DNA of 64,000 nt from Trueperaceae bacterium (GCA_965213925.1 OZ243927.1:4448001-4512000); one strand, 5' to 3'; positions 48,634 through 59,648 are shown, counted from the stretch's first letter. Translations and numbers: made by a program. The notes: generated by a model from the letters alone, not told the origin.

Positions 48634-49890
48634 ATGAGCATCCCCGCGACCATGCGTGCGCTCGTCCTTTCCGGTAGGGGATTCGAGCACTTAGGGGTCT
48701 ACACCGTCCCGACGCCCGAGCCAGGACCGAGACAGCTTCTCGCTCGCGTAGACGCCGCAGGCATCTGCACGAGTTTACTCAAGCTCATTTCTCAAGGCTC
48801 CGAGCACAACTATCTTTACGGTTGGGATGTGAACGAGCATCCGCTAATTTTGGGTGACGAGGGCGCGGTGACGCTCGTTCAAATCGGCGAAGAACTCCAA
48901 GGAACGTACAGCGTCGGTGAACGTTACGTGATTCAGCCCGCCGTGGACCATCCGCCTATCAACCACCGCGAACGCTATCAGCACCCGGAGCGCATCCACA
49001 AACTCGCGGTGGGCTACACGCTGCCGGGGCATCTGGCGGAATATGTCTTGATTCCTGAAGAGGTCTTAGAGGCAGGTTGTTTGCTGCCTCTGCCGGACGG
49101 GGTCACGGCGGCACACGGCGCACTCAGCGAGCCTATCTCCTGCGTCGTCTCGGCGCAAGACCATCATCTACATGCAAGTCAAGCGAGTCCGCTCGAGCGC
49201 CGCACAACCATCCAAGGACTCAAACCCGGCGGCGTCACCGTGGTTGTCGGCGCGGGCGCGATGGGGCGGATGCACGTGGACGTGGCGCTCAGCTACCGCC
49301 CGAGCGCGATCATCGTGACAGATTTTGCGAAGGAGAGGTTGGCGCGTGTTCGCGACCTCTTTGCAACGAAAGCAGAAGCGCAGGGAACGGCACTTCACAC
49401 GGTTCATGCCGACGGAGATGTGCTCGAGCTTATCCACCATCTCAGCAACCAGCGCGGCGCGGATGACGTCATCGTGGCGGTTGGTTCGCCTAAAGCGATT
49501 AGCGCGGCGCAAAGCCACGTTGGGCGTGGCGGCGTCTTAAACCTCTTCGGTGGACTCACGGCGGACGAGCGCGAGGTTATGTTAGACGGCAACCTCATCC
49601 ACTATCAAGAGCAAATCGTGACGGGCTCGTCGGGCGGCTCGCCGTGGGACGTGGTGAGGACGCTCGAGCTGATAGAAGCGGGCGCGTTAGAGGTCGCCGG
49701 ACACATCGCAGCGGTGGGAGACTTGGCGCACGCGCCTGAATTTATTGAACGTATAAAACGGCGAGAACTCGACGGCAAAGCAGTTGTCTACCCGCATCGG
49801 CGGAGTAAAAAGGTGCGAGAGATTCGCGGGTGGACGGCGGCGGACGAACAAAAGTATTTGAATTCAATATCAGAAAATAGGAACCTGTGA
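48634..49890 (+). CDS. Medium-chain (Zn-ADH-like) dehydrogenase, sorbose-1-P-reductase-like
   Basis: GICTS, LGDEG, EPISC, VGAGAMG, GSSGG. Confidence 0.8.
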   Translation: MSIPATMRALVLSGRGFEHLGVYTVPTPEPGPRQLLARVDAAGICTSLLKLISQGSEHNYLYGWDVNEHPLILGDEGAVTLVQIGEELQGTYSVGERYVIQPAVDHPPINHRERYQHPERIHKLAVGYTLPGHLAEYVLIPEEVLEAGCLLPLPDGVTAAHGALSEPISCVVSAQDHHLHASQASPLERRTTIQGLKPGGVTVVVGAGAMGRMHVDVALSYRPSAIIVTDFAKERLARVRDLFATKAEAQGTALHTVHADGDVLELIHHLSNQRGADDVIVAVGSPKAISAAQSHVGRGGVLNLFGGLTADEREVMLDGNLIHYQEQIVTGSSGGSPWDVVRTLELIEAGALEVAGHIAAVGDLAHAPEFIERIKRRELDGKAVVYPHRRSKKVREIRGWTAADEQKYLNSISENRNL

Positions 49891-51224
49891 CGCCTGTCGG
49901 ACAAAAAACGTTCGTCGGCTTCGGCTTCGGCGCTATTCAGGCAGGGCTCTACCTCTTTGAGGCGCAGCGTTCGGGCGCGTTTGACAGGCTCGTCGTGGCG
50001 TACCGCCGTAAAGAGGTCATCGCCCGCGTCCGTGCGGCGAAAGGGTATATCTCGCTCAACATCGCGCAGCAAGAGGGTGCTGAGACGGTCAAGGTCGGTC
50101 CGGTTGAGATGTTTGATGTCAACATCGCCGCCGAGCGAGAGCGCCTTGTCGAGGCAGTAGCGGAAGCCTCAGAGATTGCGGTGGCGGTCTCGAGCGTGGA
50201 CGACTACATCGGCGACGGACCCGAAAGCCTCCACCGGCTTCTTGCACGGGGGCTGAAACGTAAAACTGTGAATGGTGATTCTAAAGCGGTGATCTACGCT
50301 TCGGAAAACCACACGCAAGCCGCGCAAATACTACAGTCTGCCGTACTGAGCATTGTACCTAAAGGCGAACACAGAGATGTTGCGGAGAAAGGCTGCTTCG
50401 TCAACACCGTTATCGGCAAGATGAGCCGCACCGTTCACGGTTTAGGTGAGATTAGAGGGCTTGCGCTCGAGCCCGTCACCCCGAGTAGCGACCGCGCCTT
50501 TTTAGTCGAAAGCTACCGCCACATCCTCACGTCTAAAGTTTCCTTTCCAAACGGTGCACCGTTCGAGCGCGGCTTAATAAACTTTACCGAAAAAGACGAC
50601 CTCACCCCATTCGAAGACGCGAAGCTCTACGGTCACAACGCCACCCACGCTCTAGCGGCGTATCTCGGCACGATGTTAGGTGTCACTTATATCGCTGACC
50701 TCGCTGACGTACCGGGCTTTTTACGCTTTTTGCGAGCGGCAGCTTTAGAGGAATCTGGTGCGGCGCTCCTGCGTAAATATCAAGACGCTGACTCGATGTT
50801 CACCCCGCAAGGTTACGCGGACTTTACAGATGGATTGCTGAAACGGATGCTCAATCCGAACCTCAAAGATACGGTGGCGAGGGTCGGGCGAGACGCGCCG
50901 CGCAAGCTCGGCTGGCGTGACCGCCTCATCGGGACGGTGCGCTTGGCGCTGCGCGAAGGGTTGCAGCCTCACCGTTTTGCGTTGGGGGTTGCGGCGGCGC
51001 TCGAGGTCGCAAGCATGAAACCCTCGGCACTTCCCGACCTTTGGCGGAGCGAAGACGTAGACGAAGCCGAAAAACGCGCGGTATTAAGCGCCGTAGAAAG
51101 AGGTGTGAACGACCTCGAGGTGTGGCAAAACGCGGGTTGTCCGGCGCTCGAGCCCTTCGTCCAAGCCTGCGTATCAGGAGGCAAGCATGGCAGTAGCAGC
51201 GTCACCAAAAACCCTGCGGGATGA
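49887..51224 (+). CDS. Long-chain polyol(-phosphate) dehydrogenase, MtlD-like
   Basis: [27 protein letters not shown]...RVGRD..RKL...DRL. Confidence 0.8.
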   Translation: MTPVGQKTFVGFGFGAIQAGLYLFEAQRSGAFDRLVVAYRRKEVIARVRAAKGYISLNIAQQEGAETVKVGPVEMFDVNIAAERERLVEAVAEASEIAVAVSSVDDYIGDGPESLHRLLARGLKRKTVNGDSKAVIYASENHTQAAQILQSAVLSIVPKGEHRDVAEKGCFVNTVIGKMSRTVHGLGEIRGLALEPVTPSSDRAFLVESYRHILTSKVSFPNGAPFERGLINFTEKDDLTPFEDAKLYGHNATHALAAYLGTMLGVTYIADLADVPGFLRFLRAAALEESGAALLRKYQDADSMFTPQGYADFTDGLLKRMLNPNLKDTVARVGRDAPRKLGWRDRLIGTVRLALREGLQPHRFALGVAAALEVASMKPSALPDLWRSEDVDEAEKRAVLSAVERGVNDLEVWQNAGCPALEPFVQACVSGGKHGSSSVTKNPAG

Positions 51225-51969
51225 CCTCATCACGCTCTCGCGAAACTTGGGGGAGGACGCGCGGCAGTTCGCGATTTTAGGCGAGGGCAATACGAGTGCG
51301 GACTGCGGCGACGGCACCTTCTGGGTCAAGGCGTCGGGGAGCAGCTTGGGAACGTTGGACGAGACGGACGTGAGCCGCGTGCGCTTCGAGCCAATTGTGA
51401 ACCTCTTACAACGCGAAAAGATGGACGAACAAGAGGTCGAGGACGCCCTCGTCGCCGCGCTCGCTGATTCAAACCACAAAAAGCCCTCCGTCGAGACCTT
51501 TTTGCACGCGCTCTGTCTGCGCTCCGGTGCGTCGTGGGTCGGACACACACACACAGTTTCCGTCAATCAAATCCTCTGTAGCAACTTGGGCGCGGAACCT
51601 TTCGAGCGCCACATCTTCCCGGACGCGGTTGTTGTTTGCGGGCTCCACGTCGCCACGATTCCCTACGTTGACCCCGGCTTCGCGCTCGCTAAGGCGGTGC
51701 AGCGGGAGTTGGAGCGCTACGCTTCGAAGTACGGTTATCCTCCCAAACTTCTGCTGATGGAAAATCACGGCTTAGTCGCGTTAGGTCAAAGTCCGAAAGA
51801 GGTCACGAACATTCATCTGATGGCGGACAAGTGGGCGAAGACGCTGCAAGGGACGTATGCGCTGGGCGGTCCTAAGTTCTTACCGGATGAGGACGCGGCG
51901 CGGATAGATGGGCGTTTGGACGAGCATTACAGGCGGCTCGAGCTAGTCAAAGGACCTTCACGTGAATAA
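51187..51969 (+). CDS. Class II aldolase/adducin family protein
   Basis: GEGNTS, VKASG, PSVET.LH, HTH, FPD, NHG. Confidence 0.88.
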   Translation: MAVAASPKTLRDDLITLSRNLGEDARQFAILGEGNTSADCGDGTFWVKASGSSLGTLDETDVSRVRFEPIVNLLQREKMDEQEVEDALVAALADSNHKKPSVETFLHALCLRSGASWVGHTHTVSVNQILCSNLGAEPFERHIFPDAVVVCGLHVATIPYVDPGFALAKAVQRELERYASKYGYPPKLLLMENHGLVALGQSPKEVTNIHLMADKWAKTLQGTYALGGPKFLPDEDAARIDGRLDEHYRRLELVKGPSRE

Positions 51970-53431
51970 GGCGAACTTCATCGCTGTAGACCTGGGCGCG
52001 TCGGGCGGGCGGGTTCTGCTAGGAAAATTCAGTGGTGAGCGGTTTGAGCTTGAAGAGTTGCACCGCTTTCCTAATGGTCCGGTCAACGTGTTGGGGCGCT
52101 TGCACTGGGACGTGCTGGGGCTCTGGCAAGAGATTAAAACGGGGCTGCGCCGCTACGCGGAGATGTACCCTGACATGCCGCTCGAGGGCATCAGCGTGGA
52201 CACCTGGGGCGTAGACTTCGCCCTCTTGGACGAGGCAGGGAGCGTGCTCGGACACCCGTATCACTACCGCGACGCTCGCACGGATGGAATGGTCGAGCGG
52301 GTCAGCCAAGAGGTCGGGAACGGTTTCCTCTACGAGCGTACAGGCGTCCAGTTCATGCAGATCAACACGCTCTACCAGCTCTACAGTATGCGCTCAGACC
52401 CCAGGTTGGGCTGCGCCCAAACGCTCCTCATGATGCCTGACCTCTTCCACTACTGGCTCACGGGGCGCAAGGTCGGCGAATACACCATCGCCTCGACCAG
52501 CCAACTCTTGAACGCGCAGCGCCGCACGTGGGACGAAGAGGTGTTAGACGCGCTCTCGCTCCCAACGCATATCTTCCCCGACTTAGTCGAGCCTGGAACT
52601 GTCATCGGACCTCTTTTAGAGAGCGTCGCCGAAGAGGTTGGTTTGACGGATGTGCCCATCATCGCCACCGGCTCCCACGACACCGCAGGCGCAGTCGCGG
52701 CGATTCCTGAGTTGGACGAGAACAGCGTCTACATCAGCAGCGGAACCTGGAGCTTGATGGGCGTCGAACTCAGCGAGCCCATGTTAAGTGAGGAAGCAAG
52801 GGCGTTAGATGTAACCAATGAGGGCGGCGTAGGAAACACGATTCGACTGCTTAAAAATGTCGCAGGCTTGTGGCTCTTGCAGGAGAGCCGCAAGAGGTGG
52901 CAGCGCGAGGGCGAGGACTATAGCTGGGATGACCTTTTGGAGAGGGCGACGCAAGCCGAACCTTTTCGCTCCTTCGTCAACCCCGGCGCGGAGACCTTCT
53001 TGAGCCCCGGCGACATGCCCGCCGCGATTCGCAGCTTTTGCCGCGAGACGAACCAGGGCGAGCCGGGAAGCGTTGGCGCGGTGGTCCGCTGCGCTCTGGA
53101 GAGCTTAGCGCTTAAATACCGCTCAGTATTAGAAGGTTTGGAAAGCTTACTAGGTCGCCGCTTAGACACCATCCACATCGTCGGCGGCGGTAGCCAAAAT
53201 GACCTCTTGAACCAATTCACCGCTGACGCTTGTTTGCGCCCCGTTGTGGCTGGACCTATCGAGGCAACCGCGCTCGGCAACCTGATGGTGCAGGCGATTG
53301 CCACTGGTCACATTGACGACCCTGCAGCGGGACGGCGCGTCGTAGCGGCGTCGGTGTCGCAGCGGAGATATGAACCCAAACACGGGGAGGCGTGGGAGGA
53401 GGCATACGAGAGATTTCAGAGGCTTCTTTGA
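51962..53431 (+). CDS. rhaB: Rhamnulokinase (FGGY family)
   Basis: [45 protein letters not shown]. Confidence 0.88.
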   Translation: MNKANFIAVDLGASGGRVLLGKFSGERFELEELHRFPNGPVNVLGRLHWDVLGLWQEIKTGLRRYAEMYPDMPLEGISVDTWGVDFALLDEAGSVLGHPYHYRDARTDGMVERVSQEVGNGFLYERTGVQFMQINTLYQLYSMRSDPRLGCAQTLLMMPDLFHYWLTGRKVGEYTIASTSQLLNAQRRTWDEEVLDALSLPTHIFPDLVEPGTVIGPLLESVAEEVGLTDVPIIATGSHDTAGAVAAIPELDENSVYISSGTWSLMGVELSEPMLSEEARALDVTNEGGVGNTIRLLKNVAGLWLLQESRKRWQREGEDYSWDDLLERATQAEPFRSFVNPGAETFLSPGDMPAAIRSFCRETNQGEPGSVGAVVRCALESLALKYRSVLEGLESLLGRRLDTIHIVGGGSQNDLLNQFTADACLRPVVAGPIEATALGNLMVQAIATGHIDDPAAGRRVVAASVSQRRYEPKHGEAWEEAYERFQRLL

Positions 53432-53440
53432 GTCGAGATA

Positions 53441-53547
53441 AAAGGACTGAGGGAAAAGGACTGAGGACTGAGTTTTTACTTTCCTCTCAGTTCCTCTGCT
53501 ACGCAGAAACTACGTAACAGCACTCAGTCCTTCTCTCAATCATTGCT
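53441..53547 (-). repeat. GGACTGA heptamer palindromic repeat, copy 2
   Basis: CTGAGGACTGAGTTTTTACTTT matches the reverse complement of part of copy 1; lies between convergent genes. Confidence 0.7.
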
Positions 53548-54518
53548 CAGAAGTTAAAGTCGCCTATATTCTCCGACGTAAAAACGAACGGATCGCCCAG
53601 CAGCACCCACATGCTCGTCTCGTCCTCTTGTACCTCATACGAGCCCAAGCGCCCCGCTTCGAAGGTGCTGCCCGGCTCTAAGCCTTGCTCCACGAGCGCT
53701 TTGGCGGCGTAGATGGTCAAGTAACCTAAGTCCACCGGGTTCCAGAGCACCACGCTCTCGATGACGCCCGCTTCCATAAAAGGAGCCATCTGCTGCGGGG
53801 TGGACGCGCCGACCACGGCGACCTCGCCGCCACGCCCCGCTTGCTGCACCGCTTCGGCTGCGCCGGGGAAAGCCACTGAGGAGAGCGCGAAGATACCGTC
53901 TAAGTCGGAGTAGACGCGCAAGAGGTCTTGGGTGACGCTAAAGGCGAGCTGCTGGTCCTCTTCGCTCGGGCGGGTGTCCACGATTTCGAAGTTCGGGTAG
54001 TTCTCTTCGATGTGGGCGTTCATGGCGTCTATCCAGGCATTTTGGTTGGGGGCGGTGAGGCTCGAGGTCACAATAGCCACTCGCGCGTCCTCGCCGACCT
54101 GCGAGACCATGTTGTCAACGAGCGTTTCGCCGAAGCCCTCGAACGTCACCTGGTTGACGAAGAGGTTGCGGGCGTTCGCGTCGGCGTCAAACGTCACGAC
54201 TTGGATGCCCGCGTCCATCGCGCTTTGCAGCGCGGGCGCAATCGCCTGCGGGTCGTTGGGCGCAACCGCAATCACGTCCACACCCGCCGTGATGAAGTTT
54301 TCGATGAGCTGAATTTGCTCATTCACGCTCGCGGTAGTGGGTCCCCGGTGGATAAAGCGGATGTTGCCGATTTCGTCCACCGCCTCCTGTGCACCTTGCT
54401 CCGTCGCGGCGAAGTAGTCGATGCCGACGAGTTTGGGGATCATGGCGACGGTGAGCTGTTGGGCGGTGCCGAGGGTGAAGAAGGTAAGGGTGACGAGGAT
54501 GAGAAGGGTGCGTTTCAT
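53547..54518 (-). CDS. Rhamnose/AI-2-type ABC substrate-binding protein
   Basis: PKLVGIDYF, TAPNQNAW, LWNPVDLGY. Confidence 0.88.
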   Translation of the reverse strand: MKRTLLILVTLTFFTLGTAQQLTVAMIPKLVGIDYFAATEQGAQEAVDEIGNIRFIHRGPTTASVNEQIQLIENFITAGVDVIAVAPNDPQAIAPALQSAMDAGIQVVTFDADANARNLFVNQVTFEGFGETLVDNMVSQVGEDARVAIVTSSLTAPNQNAWIDAMNAHIEENYPNFEIVDTRPSEEDQQLAFSVTQDLLRVYSDLDGIFALSSVAFPGAAEAVQQAGRGGEVAVVGASTPQQMAPFMEAGVIESVVLWNPVDLGYLTIYAAKALVEQGLEPGSTFEAGRLGSYEVQEDETSMWVLLGDPFVFTSENIGDFNF

Positions 54519-54574
54519 GGAGACTCCTTTGTGTAATAAGTTGAATACAGGTTCACTAAGGTTTACGACGTGAA

Positions 54575-54720
54575 TGTCACCCTGTTTACGCAGTTAGGCG
54601 AAGCCCGGTTGTCGAAGGGTCTCGTTTGGCTGTGCCAAAACTGCGTAACTTCCATTCTCTACAAAAGGAGAAGGCGAATGCAGAGATTCTTCATTGCGCT
54701 TTGCTCCATTCAGAATGACA
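54575..54720 (-). repeat. TGTCATTCTGAA...CAGGGTGACA palindromic repeat, copy 3
   Basis: Reverse complement shares GAAGAATCTCTGCATTCGCCTTCTCCT and GAGACCCTTC with copy 2. Confidence 0.8.
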
Positions 54721-54767
54721 TGTCCTATCATTTGTCTACCAGCTTTTTTCACCTCCTTTCGAGGAAC

Positions 54768-55735
54768 TCATACCTGCCTCAGCCGCTGATTCACGGCAAC
54801 CGCCGCAATGAGAATCAGCCCGACGAAGACGGCTTGCACCTCTAAAGGCACAAACGCCAGCGTCAAACCGTTGCGCACAACGCCGATGATGAGGAGCCCT
54901 AAGAGCGTGCCCCAAACCGTGCCGCGTCCACCTGTTAAGGCAGTGCCGCCTAGAACGACAGCGGTGATGACATCCAACTCGACCAGTTGCCCGGCGTCAC
55001 CTCTTGCGCTCGAGACCCTAGACACAAAAATCACCGCCGCCACCGCACTTAGAAAGCCGGAGAGCGTAAAAACGACGAGTTCTAAGCGGTCCACGCGCAA
55101 ACCGGAGAATCTCGAGGCGAGCTTGTTGTGCCCGAAAGCGTAGACCGAGCGCCCGAAGGTGGTGCGACTGAGCAGCAGCCCGAAGGTGACGGCGAGCACC
55201 GCGAAGATAAGAAGCTGCACCGGAACCGGACCAATGTAGCCTTGCCCAAGTGCGTAAAGAACGCTTCAGGAAAGCCCCGGTACGAATCCCCTTGCGAGAT
55301 GCCTAAAGCCACACCCCGGTAGATCGCCAGCGTCGCCAGCGTCACCACGAGCGAGTGAACGCCCGTGCGGGTGATGATAAACCCGTTCAGCGCTCCCGCC
55401 GCCGTACCCGCTGCCAGCGCGATAAGCGCCGCCAGCCAGATGCTCACGCCCGCCGCGAAAAGCGCCCCCATGACGATGCCGCACATCCCCAGAATCGAGC
55501 CCACCGAGAGGTCGATGCCGCCCGTTAAGATGACGGCTGTCATGCCGAGTGAAATAATGCCGATCTCGGCGGTAAAGCGGACTATATTAAAGAGGTTGCG
55601 CGTGGACAAAAAGGCGGGCGAGAGCTGTGACATGATAATGACGGCGACGATGAGGACGACGAAGAGCATCGTCTCGACGGTGTATTCGCGCAGCACCTCG
55701 CGCCAGCCGCCGCGCTGCGCACCGGCCTGGCTCAC
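54768..55735 (-). pseudogene. CUT2 ABC permease, frameshifted near 55255
   Basis: N-half (GIDLSVG) and C-half (ITAVVLGG) are in different frames. Adding one T restores FFYALGQGYIGPVPVQLL. Confidence 0.8.
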
Positions 55736-56709
55736 GCGGCTTCACCCGCGCTCTCCGCTCGAGCTTGCCGCGCCTTTGCGCTCCGCCTTTGAGCTTGGAA
55801 CACGCCGAAGCCTACCGCTAAGAGGATAAAAAGCCCATGTAAGGTCTGCTCCCAAAAGGCGCTGATTTCCAGAAATACGAGCACCGTTCCGGTAATACCG
55901 ACGAGAAGCGAGCCGAGCGCTACGCCCAAAACCGTCCCCGAGCCGCCAAAGATGTGCACGCCGCCCACGACTACGGCGGTGATCACCAGAAACTCGAAGC
56001 CCGTGCCGATGTTCGACTGGATGGTCGAAAAGCGCGGCGCGAAGACCATCGCGGCGACGCCGACCAACGCGCCGTTGACGGTGAACGCGCTCGTGATGAT
56101 GTTTGAGGGGTTCACCCCGGAGAGGCGGGCGGCTTCTTCGCTCGAGCCCACCGCATAGAGCGAACGCCCCCACGCCGTGTTGCGCAGCACGAAACTTCCC
56201 GCCACAAGGACGAGCACCGCCACCCAAATCGGATTCTCAATGCCTAAAACCGAGCCCAAGCCGAGCTGACGGAAGTCGGGCGGCAAGTCGTAGACCCACG
56301 CCCCGCCCGTGACGTAGAGCAAGACGCCCCGGTAGATGCTCAGCGTCCCGAGTGTGACGATAATCGAGTGGATGCCTAGGCGTGTGACGAGCAGTCCGTT
56401 GATGAGCCCCAAGGTCGCGCCGACGCCGCAAGCGATGAGGAAAACAGCGAAGACGGGCACGCCCATCTTGCTGAGCGTCCCCGCAGTGATGGCGCAAATC
56501 GCTAAGATTGAGCCAACGGAGATGTCGGGTTGCCCTGTCAAGATAGCGAGCATCCCGCCTAGCGCGGCGATAGCGACGTAAGAGGTGTTGACTAAGATAT
56601 CCGCTAAGTTGCCCACCGAAAAGAAGTTCGGCGCGAAGATGAGGAGCACGAGCGCGATGACGCCCAGAAAAACAGCGATGGAGACCTCACGCCCTCGGTC
56701 AATGTACAT
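55732..56709 (-). CDS. CUT2 ABC permease
   Basis: PDISVGS, IIVTLGT, YAVGS..AA.LSG, VVVGG..FGG.G. Confidence 0.92.
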   Translation of the reverse strand: MYIDRGREVSIAVFLGVIALVLLIFAPNFFSVGNLADILVNTSYVAIAALGGMLAILTGQPDISVGSILAICAITAGTLSKMGVPVFAVFLIACGVGATLGLINGLLVTRLGIHSIIVTLGTLSIYRGVLLYVTGGAWVYDLPPDFRQLGLGSVLGIENPIWVAVLVLVAGSFVLRNTAWGRSLYAVGSSEEAARLSGVNPSNIITSAFTVNGALVGVAAMVFAPRFSTIQSNIGTGFEFLVITAVVVGGVHIFGGSGTVLGVALGSLLVGITGTVLVFLEISAFWEQTLHGLFILLAVGFGVFQAQRRSAKARQARAESAGEAA

Positions 56710-58264
56710 GGGACGCCTCCTTGTCGTTCTCTTCTTCATTCTGTTGCGCGTCGGGTTCACTACCGGATTGGCTGGACTCCTCAGAAGACAAACCCGTCGC
56801 GTGACGCATGACCTCTTCGGGACCCACGCCCTGCGGCAACTCCGCTACAATATGCCCCTCGCGCATCACCAAAATCCGGTCCGCCATCCCCAAGACTTCG
56901 GGCAAGTCCGAGGAGATGAGCAAAATCCCGACCCCTCGCTGCACTAACTCGTCCACCTGCCGGTGAATCTCACGCTTCGCGCCCACGTCCACCCCTTGCG
57001 TCGGCTCGTCCAAGATAAATACGCGCGGCTCCGAGGCGAGCCACTTGCCGAGCACCACCTTTTGTTGGTTGCCGCCCGAGAGCGACGCGGCGGGCGTGTA
57101 CGCCGAGGGCGTGCGGATGCTCAAGCCTTCGATGAACTCGTTCGCCAACTTCCTTTCGCGCGGCTCGTCCAAGATGCCGTTTTTATGCAAGGAGCGCAGC
57201 ACGGGCAGCGCGACGTTATTTTTAACCGAAAAGGGCAACACAAGCCCCTGCGCCGAGCGGTCTTCGGGCAACAGCGCGACCCCCTTGGCGATGACCTCTT
57301 TAGGTTTGTGCGGGAGCGGTTCTCCGTCTAAGGTGACGCTGCCCTCGTCGTAGGGGTCGATGCCGAAAACCGCCCGCGCGACCTCCGAGCGACCTGAGCC
57401 GACCAAGCCCGCCATGCCGACCACTTCGCCTTCGCGAATCTGGAAAGAGATGTCCTCGAAGACGCCCGTGCGCGTTAGAGAGTTGACCTCGAGCAGCGCC
57501 GCCCCCGCCTCGCGCCGGTTGCGCGGGTAGAGGTCTTTGAGTTCGCGCCCGACCATCTTCTGGATGAGCCAGTCTTGGTCAACCTCTTTGACGGAGCTGT
57601 GACCGACCTTCTCCCCGTCGCGCAAGACCGTTACCGTGTCGGCGATTTCAAAAATCTCCTCCAAACGGTGCGAGATGTAGATGACCGCGACCCCTTGCGA
57701 GCGCAAATCCTTGACGAGCTTAAAGAGCCTTTCGGCGTCGTCCGAGGGTAGCGCGGCAGTCGGCTCGTCCATGATGATGACGCGGGCTTGGCGCAAGAGG
57801 GCGCGAGCGATTTCGGCGAGTTTCGTCTGAGCGCGGCTCAAGTCGCCCGCCCTGGCTTTGAGGTCTAAGTCGATGGCGAGGTCGCCAAAGACCTCTTCCG
57901 CCTTGCGTGCCATCTCCTGCCAGTCGAGCAGCCCGAAGCGTTTTTTAATCTGATGTCCGATGAAGAGGTTCTCGAGAACAGACAAATCCGGGTAGAGGCT
58001 GCCCTCTTGGTAAATCGTCGCGACGCCCAAGTCCTGCGCCTGGCGCGGCTCGCTCAGCGTGACCTCTTCTCCGTTCAGTACAATCTTACCCGAGTTGGGC
58101 TGATGTGCGCCCGAGAGGATTTTGATGAGCGTCGATTTGCCCGCGCCGTTCTCGCCCACAATGGCATGTACTTCGCCCTTTTGCAGCGTGAAGTCCACAC
58201 CCTCTAACGCCTGCACGCCGCCGAAGCGCTTGCCGATACCGCGCATGGTGAGCAGGTCAGCCAT
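56699..58264 (-). CDS. CUT2 ABC ATP-binding protein (two domains)
   Basis: GENGAGKS, DEPTA, LSGGNQQKV, DEPTQGVDVGAK. Confidence 0.95.
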   Translation of the reverse strand: MADLLTMRGIGKRFGGVQALEGVDFTLQKGEVHAIVGENGAGKSTLIKILSGAHQPNSGKIVLNGEEVTLSEPRQAQDLGVATIYQEGSLYPDLSVLENLFIGHQIKKRFGLLDWQEMARKAEEVFGDLAIDLDLKARAGDLSRAQTKLAEIARALLRQARVIIMDEPTAALPSDDAERLFKLVKDLRSQGVAVIYISHRLEEIFEIADTVTVLRDGEKVGHSSVKEVDQDWLIQKMVGRELKDLYPRNRREAGAALLEVNSLTRTGVFEDISFQIREGEVVGMAGLVGSGRSEVARAVFGIDPYDEGSVTLDGEPLPHKPKEVIAKGVALLPEDRSAQGLVLPFSVKNNVALPVLRSLHKNGILDEPRERKLANEFIEGLSIRTPSAYTPAASLSGGNQQKVVLGKWLASEPRVFILDEPTQGVDVGAKREIHRQVDELVQRGVGILLISSDLPEVLGMADRILVMREGHIVAELPQGVGPEEVMRHATGLSSEESSQSGSEPDAQQNEEENDKEASHVH

Positions 58265-58461
58265 GAATCACTCCGGTCGGACAAATAGGGGCAGCGACGA
58301 CCCGCACCGCACATGGACCGAAAGGAAACCTTGCGTGGTTGTGGCGCGATAAAGCGATACGAGACCCCTTTCAAAAGGCTTCCGCCCGCACGTGACTTCT
58401 AAACCTTAGGCTGAGCGCGACGCGCTTATCTGCCTCGCCAGCCATTCAATACTGAGATTCG

Positions 58462-58493
58462 AACAAATTAACACAGAAGTTATCACACGTCAA
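58462..58493 (-). promoter_or_regulatory. Promoter of rhamnose ABC operon
   Basis: TTGACG-17-TAATTT with extended TG; overlapped by TGT(T/G) repeats. Confidence 0.5.
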
Positions 58494-58512
58494 TCGTTGA
58501 GCAGTTGAAAGC

Positions 58513-58610
58513 AATGAGCAATGAGTGAAAGGCTTTAGGCTCATTGCTCACCGTCCGTTCCTGCGGAGATTGCATAACCAGCTTGACTGGATTGCTTTCA
58601 ACTCATTGCT
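58513..58610 (+). repeat. 98-bp repeat, left arm
   Basis: Exact reverse complement of 59434-59531. Confidence 0.95.
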
Positions 58611-58664
58611 ACCCTTCCTGATTCCCTTTTCTCTTCCTAACTTTTCTGGTTTAATACGCCCAAC

Positions 58665-59434
58665 ATGGACACCGACCTCGTACCCGCCGCCCGCCGCGAA
58701 GAGATCATGCGACGCGCGACCTTGGAGCGCGTCATCCGCGTGAAAGACTTGGCTGAGATGTTGAGCGTCCACGAGATGACGATTCGGCGCGACTTAGACA
58801 CGCTCGTCGAGGAGGGGCGCTTGGAGCGGGTGCACGGCGGGGCGCGGCTCAGAAGTCAGGGCGGGCTCGAGGTTCGTACGCGGCTCGAGCGCTCACTAAT
58901 CAAGGCGCAAAAGCGCGAATCGCGCGGGCAGCCGCCGACCTCATCAGCGAGGGCGACACCGTCGCCTTCGACGCGAGCACGACGGCGTTGGAGGTGCAGC
59001 GGCGGCTGCGCCTCACCTCTGGCTTGGCGATTATCACGAGCTTAGACGGCGCGAACACGCTCGCAGGCGCGGGCGTGCCCTTCATGATGATCGGCGGCAG
59101 CTTCCACGCGCCCGCCCGCTCGTTTGTAGGTCGAGGCGTCTGCGCCCAGCTCGCTCGGTTACACCCCGACAAGGTCTTTTTTTCCGCCAAAGGCTTCTCA
59201 TTGCAAGCGGGCTTCACCGACGCCCACCTCCCCGAAGTCGAGGTCAAAGAGTGCCTCATCGCCTCCGCCGGGCTCAAGGTCGCCCTTTTAGACGGTTCCA
59301 AGTTCGGCAAGGAAGCGCTCGGGACGATCGTGGGTATAGAGAGCGTAGACGTGCTGATTACCGATTGCGAGCCGCCGGGAGAGATTGTGGAGAGGCTCGA
59401 GCAGGACGGAGTGCAGCTTATCGTGGCAGAGTAA
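58665..59434 (+). pseudogene. DeoR/GlpR regulator (RhaR-like), frameshifted near 58873
   Basis: HTH VHEMTIRRDL...RVHGGA. Adding one T gives EVSYAAR...KARIARAAADLISEGDTVAFDASTT, continuing to DGSKFG. Confidence 0.85.
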
Positions 59435-59531
59435 GCAATGAGTTGAAAGCAATCCAGTCAAGCTGGTTATGCAATCTCCGCAGGAACGGACGGTGAGCAA
59501 TGAGCCTAAAGCCTTTCACTCATTGCTCATT
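59434..59531 (-). repeat. 98-bp repeat, right arm
   Basis: Exact reverse complement of 58513-58610; its first base is the last base of the deoR TAA. Confidence 0.95.
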
Positions 59532-59648
59532 CTTCATTGCTTCTGAAAAGCAAGTTCTTCCAAACAAGTTTCCCAACCACCCTTGCATCCCTCTGTTCAA
59601 AAATGTTTATTATTGTGCTATCACAGGACGCTGGTACAGGAGGCGAGT

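Noticed and set aside
53547..58264. AI-2 (Lsr) uptake system
   Set aside because: The binding protein family includes LsrB, but adjacency to rhaI, rhaEW and rhaB favours rhamnose; no lsrK, lsrG or lsrR seen.
58525..59500. Small ORFs sharing SNELKAIQSSWLCNLRRNGR
   Set aside because: Translations of the 98-bp inverted repeat, not genes.
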